DNA of 64,000 bases from Octopus sinensis (Eukaryota): positions 59,148,001-59,212,000 of the forward strand of contig NC_043000.1 in assembly GCF_006345805.1 (NCBI RefSeq), read 5' to 3'. Made by a program: the position numbers and the translations under genes. Positions 11,990 through 21,616 of the stretch are shown in pieces (position 1 is the first letter of the stretch; every line of letters starts with the position of its first letter). The notes beneath the pieces were generated by a model, which ran no database searches, was not told where the DNA came from, and was given only the letters and a program-made list of their open reading frames with translations.

Positions 11990-12245
11990 TACGAATCCTT
12001 ACTCGTACTTGGCTCTGGAGATACACTCTTTACGCGTGTCAATACTTTCCATTGTGTAAAAAACACAAATAAACACAATAAAAAATTCCCTCGCACAGGG
12101 GAATTAAAACAGATTTTGCTTCACAACAAGCAATAAACAGTTCCCTTTTTTTTTCAAAATATAACAAATTTAACAATATCAATAGCAGCCACAAAATTTT
12201 ACCTTCGCACGACCAAAAAAAACACACTTGTAACCACGAGGGAAA

Positions 12246-12266
12246 GTGTCACCTATGGGCAACTCT
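12246..12266. repeat. Array-delimiting motif, copy 2 (GTGTCACCTATGGGCAACTCT)
   Basis: Lies between the 5' end of LINE B and the 3' tail of element C. Confidence 0.9.
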
Positions 12267-13917
12267 TTATTTTTTATTACCCATAAAGGGCTTACATAGA
12301 GGGGGACATCACAAACATTGGGGACACAAAACACACACACAAAAAAAAATACAGGAACGTATGATGAAAAATGAAAAATTGTAAAAATGAGAAATAAAAG
12401 CGATGTTAACGGCCCCATCCGATAACATCACTTACTTGTCCTTCTTCCCTATATCGGGATAAAAAAAAAACATGTAGTCCTCTAGTTTCGTCCCATGTTT
12501 TTCTTCCAGTTCATATCTCCTATTCGGTTCAATCGTTTTCCAAATTAAATCACAACTTTTTAAAAGTTTTTCTTTGAGTTCTTTTTCTTGGTCATCTGAT
12601 ATTACTATATCCATCAACCCCAACTCATTCCAGCTGTCTTGCAATTCCACCTTTCTCCAATCCCTCAATATTTCAAGTATTTCTTCCTTGTTTCTTACAC
12701 CTAAAACATGGGGACGGGAATTTTTAAAGTTATCTTGTGTGGTTGTGTTTCTTTTTTGTTTTCTTGTTGGTGGGGAGCGGGTGGGCTCAGTGTCTGCAGG
12801 GAAAGGGTGGGCCACACAAGGTGCGGGTGGTGATGGGGTGGGTTGGGGTTCAGTACAGTTTATCTTTTTCTCCTTCTCGTCCTCCTTCTTCCCATGGATT
12901 CCCATTCTGTTGGTACCTCCTCCTCGACCACTTGCTTCTCTTCCGCTGTATTCTCTGTCTGCTCCTCTAACTCTCTTGCTGGTTCCTTTCTTGGTTCTTT
13001 TGTTGGGGGAGGACAGTTAGTTCTTATGTGGCCCTTCAAGCCGCATTTGTAACAACGATGAGCTCTGCCCTCCATCCATACTCTCATCATGATATTTCCC
13101 ATTGTTATCGTCTCGGTCAGTTGTTCTAGTACTTCTAATTCTGCCCGGACACCCATCTCCAGCACTCCTCCTCTCCATCCTCCTTCGTCCGTCACCGTGG
13201 CATGAAGAATGTCTACTTTATCTTCATTGCCGCTGATAATGGTTGCCACAATCTACTCTCCGTCTATGTCTGGCGGTATTCCCTCCACCCTGATCCGGGT
13301 CGTCATTATTCCCAGATACGAGGGCAGAAGGAATACTTTCTCCGTCTTTATAGCCATTATTCTTGCAACTTTTTCGTACTTGAACTGCACAACCACGGTG
13401 CCGAACCCAATGCCTCTTGCGAGAAACGTTACCTCCTCTTCCATCGTTCTCAGTGCTTCCTCTTTCATTTCCATACCGACCAACTCTATTCTTATTTTTT
13501 CGTTAGCGAAGACTTTGTATGTAATAGTCTTTTCTCATACCAGTCTCTTCTTTTCCTTGGCGGCGACAATTCAACGTCACCGCCTACCTTTGTTAAAAAT
13601 TCTCGATAGCCTGGCAACTTAGCCAGATCTACCTCCTTTTCCGTTGACTTCATCGCTCGCGCGTATGTTGCTTTTTCTCCCAGTTCTCTATCCAATTTCC
13701 TCACTGCCTTTGCCAGTTCCTCATCAGAGGTCGACAGTTCCGACTCACTGAGGCTCGAAAATACGTTATTCCTCGCCATTCCCCCCCTTAGGGAGGGGTA
13801 AACCGTTTTTTTTCTTGTCTGTCACCGACAGGCAAAATTCAACAATAACGATTAACAAAAATTAACAAACAAGAGGCAAAGCAATTACTCACAGGTTCGA
13901 AAAAACGACTACACAGT
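12267..13917 (-). mobile_element. Element C: ORF1-only (half-LINE) Tx1-like retroposon
   Basis: Frameshifted ORF1 (13492-13779, 13253-13483, 12860-13249, 12432-12905) with CYKCGLKGHIRTNC, followed directly by a ~165-bp 3' UTR ending CCCTTTATGGGTAATAAAAAATAA. No ORF2 sequence. Confidence 0.8.
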
Positions 13918-13935
13918 TCACCTATGGGCACCTCT
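13918..13935. repeat. Array-delimiting motif, copy 3 (TCACCTATGGGCACCTCT)
   Basis: Identical to the core of copy 1; lies at the 5' end of element C. Confidence 0.9.
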
Positions 13936-13989
13936 CTTGTGTTTGACCACTCTTTCGCATTTATAACCTCTATTTTGGTAGAAACATCT

Positions 13990-14400
13990 GATACTTTCGA
14001 TAATATGGGATGATATTGCTGCAAGATGATTGGCTCATATTCACGGAAGCTGCCTAATCTTTAGCTGCTAAACCTACACGGTTTCAAATCTAGGTCTCGC
14101 TAAAAATCCTTATTTTTCATCAACAACTTCAACAGATCAGTCAATAATTTATTCTAATATATTCTCTTTCATTGTTCATGACTTCTTGCCAATGTTACAC
14201 AAGCTTGCAATGCCTTGACAGTAAAAATCATCAGGTTTTCACACGAAGAATTAATTGAACCACGTAGTCATTGAACAAACGTGTCGCAGATTGTTGGAGA
14301 GCAACTAAAATAGGTAATAATCTGAAGGCTTTACATCAAGAGAATAACGTCAAGAATACATCAAGAGAATACGGCAGAGCTCTTGAATAGCATTTTTGGT
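13990..14400 (-). pseudogene. Possible mariner transposase C-terminal remnant
   Basis: Minus-strand GGCATTGCAAGCTTG..CATTGGCAAGAAGTC resembles the mariner C-terminal GI.KL..RWQ.V motif; heavily degraded. Confidence 0.35.
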
Positions 14401-15296
14401 CAAATTATCGACATGAAGAAGTAGGCGCATTCCCCCCCCCTCCCACCTTGACAGCGGGTAAACAAGCTGGCTATACAAAGATAGAAGGAGTTACAAAACA
14501 TTAAGGTGCACACACGTGACATTATCTCTTCCTCTTTCTGTACTGGAACCTCGAACTGTAAAGATGTGATCTAGCCTCTCTCAACACCCACCAGCTACCA
14601 GATAGGAGCATAGCATAGAAGACCATACCCTTTACACACCAACGACCTGCACCATCTAAAATGATGACACCCGACGTGAACACAAACTTCTAACATGGCA
14701 ACTTAATGTGGGAGATGAACATATTCATCTGAAATGGTGACTACCGGGCGAATACAGAACAGTGAATACGTATTCCCTTTTCTCTTTCGCGACCTCCACT
14801 CCTCGCATAGGAACATGCTACCACTGATGCCTCTCGTCGTCATATTGTCTTCTTCACCAGGAAAAATTTTGGCGCCATTTTCAAGCGGGAAACTGCAAAT
14901 CGTTTTTCTCGGGTGGTAACCGAAAATACAACTCGGTCATTTGAAGACACAGCGTCCCAGACAATTTTCTTCTTGCTTATAAAAAAAAAAAAGGGAAAAA
15001 ATAATCCAGAATTTTCTCCAGAATTCACATGGACACAAAAAATTTTCCTACTTGTCAGGTATGAGTTTCTTTCTCTCAACCATTCGGATTATCTACGCGT
15101 TGGCCATAATTCGTTCCTTATCAACTAGCTAGGATTTCTTCTATTTTCATCCTCTGCTATTAAAAAAAAAATTTTTTTTCCTAGTTCGCTTCTCGTCGTG
15201 TCTTTTTTCAACTATGGTATTTTGACTGCCATTTCTAATGGCGTTTCTTCAACCAGTTGTTCTTCGTGCCGTTCCGTTTTCCTACTGTCGTCCAAG

Positions 15297-15780
15297 ATGA
15301 GTCATTTTCCTCTGCCTCAATATCAAGGAGATGCTAAGATGTGGTTTTCACAATTGGAATCGTTTTTCATTTCTTTTAACATTCAGTCAGCCTAGAGAAA
15401 ACTTCACATCGCTCTTACTGGCATTCTTTCTCCGCTCGCACTTTCAGTGTGAGATATGATAACAGGAACCCCACCAGATATGACTTACGAAACCTTCAAA
15501 GTCGAGGTTCTGCGGCGTAACTCACCCTCGGCTGAGAGTAAATTTCGCACACTCTTGCAGGATGAGCATCTCGGGGACCGAATCCCCACCCAGTTTTTAC
15601 GACGAATCGAAGAGTTGTCCAATAGCTCATATGAAGGACAGGCATTTGTCAAGCAACTATTTTTCTTGAGGATGCCTTCTAATGTACCAGTCGATTAGCT
15701 CCTATGATGGAACACACGGCCCTTGAACAACTCGCCGCCTCCGCAGACAGGATTATGGAATTTTCTGGCTCACTATCCTC
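15297..15780 (+). pseudogene. Gypsy gag relic
   Basis: WFSQLESFF, TYETFKVEVL, LGDRIPTQFLRR and [13 protein letters not shown] motifs, with stop codons. Confidence 0.75.
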
Positions 15781-16029
15781 TGCTTCTTCATCTTCCTCTC
15801 AAGATTCTACTTCTTCTGCTCTGGTTCATATACAATCCTCTGAAATCTTGCGGGCTGTCGCAGAACTGACCCGTCAGGTTTCACGCATGTGTAGGAATCG
15901 TTCGTCTTCAAGCACTGTCACACCCCAGCATTGCGTCCACAGTAAAGCTTATGTAGGCCCGCTTTTTCTGGCCAAATATGCGACACTCATGTGCCTGTCT
16001 ACCATGTCAGCGTTCCAAAGGTCATCGTC

Positions 16030-16325
16030 ACTTGAGAGCACCTCTTGGAAATTCCAGCCACCGGACGCCAGGTTCCGTCACATACACATGAACCTGGTTG
16101 GTCCTTGGCTGATCAGTTGTGGATTTACTTATATATTGACCTGCATTGACCGTTTCTCCAGATGGCCTGAAGCCATCCCCCTCATGGACATTTCTGTGGA
16201 AACAATTGCCCGAGCACTTGTCTCTGGGTGGATATGTCGCTTTAGAGTACCCTCTAGAATTACTACTGATAGTTGACACCAATTTGAAGCTTGTCTGTTC
16301 TGTGAGAGTTTGAGATTGTGGGGCA
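16030..16325 (+). pseudogene. Gypsy integrase relic, part 1
   Basis: [15 protein letters not shown]...[15 protein letters not shown]...SRITTD (rve core). Confidence 0.85.
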
Positions 16326-17350
16326 CAGTCATGCCTTTGGTTGTCAGAAGTGAAAGTAGAAAAATCTGACGTCAGACGTCAACTTCGTGTATTTACGTCG
16401 TCATGTTTAAACTTTCGTTTATTTACGTACCACCACGCTTTAATTTACGCCGTTTATTTACGTACCACCACGCTAGGTTTATAAACAATTGAAGCTTGAA
16501 GTTAAGTTTATAAATAAATACATTTCATTTGACCGTGAATCATTCAATAAATTTTGTTGATCCGGTAACATTTGCCACAACCAACCACATAGAATATATA
16601 TATATGCAAGGTTTATGCAGAATAGGTTACAAGATTAATATATTTCGGTACTTGTCTATTGTAGTGGTCCCGGTTGCGCGGGCGCGAATTCGCGCGCGCC
16701 AGACGTAGGTGCTCGATACTCGAGATCCAACGAGGTGACTTGCGCATGCGCAGTGCGCGATTCGCGCATGCGCAGTGCACGATTCGCGCATGCGCTTTAA
16801 CCCCCACCCCGGATTTTTTCAGATACCTTTCTGCTTTTTAAGACAAAAAGGTGTTGGATTTCACAAAAAATATGTGTGTTTGTGTGTGTATATAACATTT
16901 TCAATTTTACACAAAAAAATTACATAGTCGCTTTCCTCGCGGATTTACAGATAAATGAATTAATTACTATTTTACAGAATAAAATTAATGAATTAATTAT
17001 ATAAATTAAATAATTCTTGAAAATTAATTAATATTAATAATATTTTTTGAACAAAGTAAATAATTTTTAAAAGTGTATATATATATGTATACAATAATAT
17101 ATGTTGTACATACCTTAAATTTTTCATGATATTGTAGCGATTTTATGACAGTGTAGCAAAATAGTAGTCAATTAGATAAATACATTTTTTTTCTGGGGTA
17201 TTTTTTTTCAACCTCGTCACATATTTGCACCTTTCAATTTAAACCTTTCAATTTAAGTCTTAATTAAGCAATTGCGGCAGCTTAGCAGAAATGTCACGTT
17301 CTAATTTCTGTTATTCAATGGTTTCAATACACGCGTGACATCATACCCCT

Positions 17351-18088
17351 TCAAATTTTATACCATTCTGAAAGATGTTTCAGAATATTCATCACACAAT
17401 CGTTTTCATTTTGTCCATACTGTTCCTTCCACAGAAACTCATCAAGGTACGAGTCCACCATGGTGGAATGTACCCCCATCATCGTTTTAAATTTTCTTTT
17501 TGCATTTTTCCAGTAACATTCCACAGAATTTGTGTGTACACCTGTTAGCGGATCCACAAAATTCTGGGAATGGTTTACTGTGAAATGGATGTATTTTGGT
17601 GTCACATCCATTTCTGCAATCCCATTATAGGCGGCCCAGCAATCCGAATGAATTGTGCCTGGTCTAATATATTTTTTGATGATGGGTAGCAGAGTTTCCG
17701 AGGAACGGTCAGCTACGAAGAGTAGGAAGCCTTTTTTCTCTTCTCTATCATAACCTCCAAAGACCCATCTCTCTTGTGGCGTTCTCCCTCTATTGTACTT
17801 CCTCTTGCACATCAGACTTTCATCTATTTCAACAACTTTTCCGACACCACCAATTTGGTATGGATTGTTGACCAGATTGTTACTACAAATATCTCGCATG
17901 TATTGAAACCATTGAATAATGGTACATTTTGACAATCCAGTCATTGCTATTGTTGCTGTTATTGTTAGGTTATTGCCCCAACAATATATTATATGTATGA
18001 AATCATGTAAGTTTCAATCTGCTATTTTCGAGATAGGAGTTCCTTCTAATTGATTCTTTTTCCCCTTTGTGAGTTGGGCAGCGAAATA
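17351..18088 (-). pseudogene. Inverted partial copy of the Merlin transposase (lacks the N-terminal 49 codons; 1-bp insertion at 18009-18010)
   Basis: ORF 17351-17944 encodes the same C-terminal 197 aa as 18368-19249. Confidence 0.92.
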
Positions 18089-18367
18089 TTCTGATGATAA
18101 AATGTTTTTGAAAGAATATATTTTTATAAAAATCTAGAATATATATACTTTTCTCACACTACAATTAAGATATATTTATTTTAAATCGTTCATCTTTCTC
18201 CCCCCCCCCCCCCACAACAAAAATTAGTTTGAAAGAGGGGACAGAGAAAGTTCTAAAATCTAACCAATCAGAGCTAACTGACTTCTTACCATGATAGTGA
18301 AAATAACTTTATTAGTTATTTTCACTTTATCTTCACCAGTTGAACTGTGAGATAAAATTAAAAAATA

Positions 18368-19249
18368 ATGTTGTATGAGATAGAAAGTATCGTGAAAGAC
18401 TTTGATAGTATTTATTCCTTCCTCAAGGACAAAAAGGTCTTAAGTTCCTCTTCGCCAATTTGTTCGAGATGCCAGAGAGAGATGACTCTGATAAAACACA
18501 ATCAAGAAAAAGTATTTCGCTGCCCAACTCACAAAGGGGAAAAAGAATCAATTAGAAGGAACTCCTATCTCGAAAATAGCAGATTGAAACTACATGATTT
18601 CATACATATAATATATTGTTGGGGCAATAACCTAACAATAACAGCAACAATAGCAATGACTGGATTGTCAAAATGTACCATTATTCAATGGTTTCAATAC
18701 ATGCGAGATATCTGTAGTAACAATCTGGTCAACAATCCATACCAAATTGGTGGTGTCGGAAAAGTTGTTGAAATAGATGAAAGTCTGATGTGCAAGAGGA
18801 AGTACAATAGAGGGAGAACGCCACAAGAGAGATGGGTCTTTGGAGGTTATGATAGAGAAGAGAAAAAAGGCTTCCTACTCTTCGTAGCTGACCGTTCCTC
18901 GGAAACTCTGCTACCCATCATCAAAAAATATATTAGACCAGGCACAATTCATTCGGATTGCTGGGCCGCCTATAATGGGATTGCAGAAATGGATGTGACA
19001 CCAAAATACATCCATTTCACAGTAAACCATTCCCAGAATTTTGTGGATCCGCTAACAGGTGTACACACAAATTCTGTGGAATGTTACTGGAAAAATGCAA
19101 AAAGAAAATTTAAAACGATGATGGGGGTACATTCCACCATGGTGGACTCGTACCTTGATGAGTTTCTGTGGAAGGAACAGTATGGACAAAATGAAAACGA
19201 TTGTGTGATGAATATTCTGAAACATCTTTCAGAATGGTATAAAATTTGA
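18368..19249 (+). CDS. Merlin/IS1595-family DDE transposase, 293 aa, open frame
   Basis: N-terminal CxxC...CxxH, then VEIDES (D137), HSDCW (D197) and VNHSQNFVDPLTGVHTNSVE (E238). Confidence 0.93.
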   Translation: MLYEIESIVKDFDSIYSFLKDKKVLSSSSPICSRCQREMTLIKHNQEKVFRCPTHKGEKESIRRNSYLENSRLKLHDFIHIIYCWGNNLTITATIAMTGLSKCTIIQWFQYMRDICSNNLVNNPYQIGGVGKVVEIDESLMCKRKYNRGRTPQERWVFGGYDREEKKGFLLFVADRSSETLLPIIKKYIRPGTIHSDCWAAYNGIAEMDVTPKYIHFTVNHSQNFVDPLTGVHTNSVECYWKNAKRKFKTMMGVHSTMVDSYLDEFLWKEQYGQNENDCVMNILKHLSEWYKI

Positions 19250-19954
19250 AGGGGTATGATGTCACGCGTGTATTGAAACCATTGAATAACAGAAATTAGA
19301 ACGTGACATTTCTGCTAAGCTGCCGCAATTGCTTAATTAAGACTTAAATTGAAAGGTTTAAATTGAAAGGTGCAAATATGTGACGAGGTTGAAAAAAAAT
19401 ACCCCAGAAAAAAAATGTATTTATCTAATTGACTACTATTTTGCTACACTGTCATAAAATCGCTACAATATCATGAAAAATTTAAGGTATGTACAACATA
19501 TATTATTGTATACATATATATATACACTTTTAAAAATTATTTACTTTGTTCAAAAAATATTATTAATATTAATTAATTTTCAAGAATTATTTAATTTATA
19601 TAATTAATTCATTAATTTTATTCTGTAAAATAGTAATTAATTCATTTATCTGTAAATCCGCGAGGAAAGCGACTATGTAATTTTTTTGTGTAAAATTGAA
19701 AATGTTATATACACACACAAACACACATATTTTTTGTGAAATCCAACACCTTTTTGTCTTAAAAAGCAGAAAGGTATCTGAAAAAATCCGGGGGGGGGGT
19801 TAAAGCGCATGCGCGAATCGTGCACTGCGCATGCGCGAATCGCGCACTGCGCATGCGCAAGTCACCTCGTTGGATCTCGAGTATCGAGCACCTACGTCTG
19901 GCGCGCGCGAATTCGCGCCCGCGCAACCGAGACCACTACAATAGACAAGTACCA

Positions 19955-20150
19955 TATATTTCTTTACTGCCAACAAGGTGCTAAACATAGAGGGGACAAA
20001 CAAGGATAGACAAACGGATTAAGTCGACTACAGCGAAACTGGTACTTTATCGACCCCGAAAGGATGAAAGGCAAAGTCGACCTAGGCGGAATTTGAACTC
20101 AGAATGTAACGACAGACGAAATACCGCTAAGCATTTCGCCCGGCGAGCCT
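19955..20150 (-). mobile_element. SINE S1 with a Tx1-LINE-like 3' tail; head has a small internal deletion
   Basis: S1 core plus tail GCACCTTGTTGGCAGTAAAGAAATA. Flanked by an 18-bp TSD-like repeat, TAGGTTAC(AA/TG)GATTAATA, at 16623-16640 and 20151-20168. Confidence 0.88.
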
Positions 20151-20426
20151 TAGGTTACTGGATTAATAATAATAAACAAGTTACAAGCAGGAAGAAAAAC
20201 CAAGCTTTCGTAATTCACCTTTGTACAAAATAAAACAAGGATGCAATGACAGAACAACATGCGATATCTTCTGGACATATATAACTTTTAGCTTCTAAAC
20301 TATTAACGCATAAATACATAAATACCATGTGTTTGAGAAATTATACGGAAAGAAACGAAGATGGACGAGAAAAAGTGTGACGTCACACTTTTTCTGCTTT
20401 CATCCTGACAACCAAAGGTATGACTG

Positions 20427-20640
20427 CCCATCCACACCACCAGTTGCCATCCTGCCATGAATGGAATGGTAGAAAGATTCCACTACCAGCTTAAAGCTGC
20501 TATTCGCATGGCTCCTGACCCTCATCATTGGTCCGAGTTTCTCCCCATTGTTCTGCTAAGGTGCCGCTCAGCTATCAAGGAGAACTTAGGCTACTCCTCT
20601 GCTGAGTTACTGTATGGCACCACCTAAGCACTTCCTGGAC
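20427..20640 (+). pseudogene. Gypsy integrase relic, part 2
   Basis: HTTSCHPAMNGMVERFHYQLKAAI...LPIVLL...SAIKENLGYSSAELLYGT continues part 1. Confidence 0.85.
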
Positions 20641-21291
20641 AAATGTCATTCTTTGCTGACCTGCTATTGTTGCTTCCTCGTGACCAGTCTATTTCCTCTG
20701 CAGTAACCCCAACCCTAACCTTTGACTGATGTGTTTGTAAGAAATGATGCCATCAAGGGACCTCCCTACACTGGACCCTAGTGCATTCTTAAAAGCACAC
20801 CTAAACTGATCACTGTGGACATTCATGGAAAAAAAGAGATTGTCTCTATCGGCAGAGTAAAAGAAACCTTTTCCAAAACATTTATGCCCACTTGCTGACA
20901 CACCCATCATTCCACAAACACTGCTACTCCACCTCCACTCACCGAAACACCAACTACACAAACACATTCTTCACCTTACAGGACAGATTGGTTCATCGAC
21001 CAAAGAAACTGTCTCTGACTATTTACATTTCTTAACTTTGCCTTGCCAGTAACTGTTCCGGAAAATAGATTTATGCTGCTAGAGACACTGCATACACATT
21101 TTCTCTCTTCTGTATCATTGTACATATATGCCTTGATTGCACACCTTTCTTTGCTGAATGTTTTTCCTTGTATTGTATTTTTTCAATTGTTCATACTACT
21201 GTTTTGCCATGGTTCATTCTTCTGTGCCCTCCTAATACACTTCGCCTACACTACTATTAATCGACCATTTCCAGTCTAAGAGGGGGGCCTC

Positions 21292-21616
21292 TGTAGGCAC
21301 ATTACCCCTCTTGACAGCAGGTAAACAAGCTGGCTATACAGGGGCAGAGGGTGTTACACAACATTAAAGTTCAGACACGTGACCTTATCTCTTCCTCTTT
21401 CTGTACTGGGACCTCGAACTGTAAAGATGTGATCTAGCCTCTAGCAACACCCACCAGCTACCAGATAGGAGCATAGCACAGAAGACCATAGCCTTTACAC
21501 ACCAACCTTTCTATTTATCATTCCATTGTGTATATATGTGTGGCCACAATAAACGTATTTAAGTTGCAACCTCGCTTGTACGTTTTCCCTCCAGGTTTAC
21601 CACCAGTGAGATTACA
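21292..21616 (+). repeat. 3' LTR of the old gypsy element
   Basis: TGTAGG...ATTACA preceded by a PPT, with AATAAA inside. The first ~215 bp are homologous to 14420-14643. Confidence 0.8.

Larger units (their letters stand above)
8076..12245 (-). mobile_element. Tx1/L1-like LINE B (ORF1 plus APE-type ORF2), RT core internally deleted
   Basis: ORF1 with a CCHC knuckle; ORF2 with an APE domain (LNVRGL, ATETQL, GFNT, SYIDRIL), linker PGLDGFPYELYK, RT N-terminus LDQSKALDRVD and a C-terminal ETVLHA; tail CCCCTTGTGGGTAATAAAGAAATAT. Confidence 0.9.
16647..19953 (+). mobile_element. Merlin (IS1595/ISXO2-like) DNA transposon with 1.44-kb inverted arms
   Basis: Termini GGTACTTG...CAAGTACC; 9-bp TSD ATATATTTC (16638-16646 and 19954-19962); arms 16647-18088 and 18513-19953; 424-bp spacer. 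Confidence 0.93.
16326..20426. mobile_element. Non-autonomous TIR DNA element (about 600 bp once nested insertions are removed)
   Basis: ~48-bp imperfect TIRs: CAGTCATGCCTTTGGTTGTCAG...TGACGTCA on the left and TGACGTCA...CTGACAACCAAAGGTATGACTG on the right. It splits the integrase between LWG and IHTT. No clear TSD; superfamily unassigned. Confidence 0.75.
14420..21616 (+). mobile_element. Old Ty3/gypsy LTR retrotransposon (internally deleted), host of nested insertions
   Basis: Direct repeats 14420-14643 and 21292-21506; PPT AAGAGGGGGG before 21292; 3' LTR ends TTACA at 21616; gag and integrase relics lie between. No TSD found. Confidence 0.8.

Noticed and set aside
11168-13622. Plus-strand ORFs 11168-11575, 12574-13020, 13202-13609 and 13209-13622
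   Set aside because: Antisense shadows of purine-rich ORF1 sequences (Ser/Phe/Leu-rich); no independent coding signal.
16647-19953. Bacterial IS1595 contamination or recent horizontal transfer
   Set aside because: The element has a TSD inside a eukaryotic SINE nest, and Merlin is the known eukaryotic branch of this family; nothing else in the window is prokaryote-like.
16647-19953. Inverted repeat as a pure assembly foldback artefact
   Set aside because: Distinct flanks carry a matching 9-bp TSD and an outer 18-bp TSD, the spacer is unique, and the arms differ at several sites. Considered unlikely, but only reads can exclude it.
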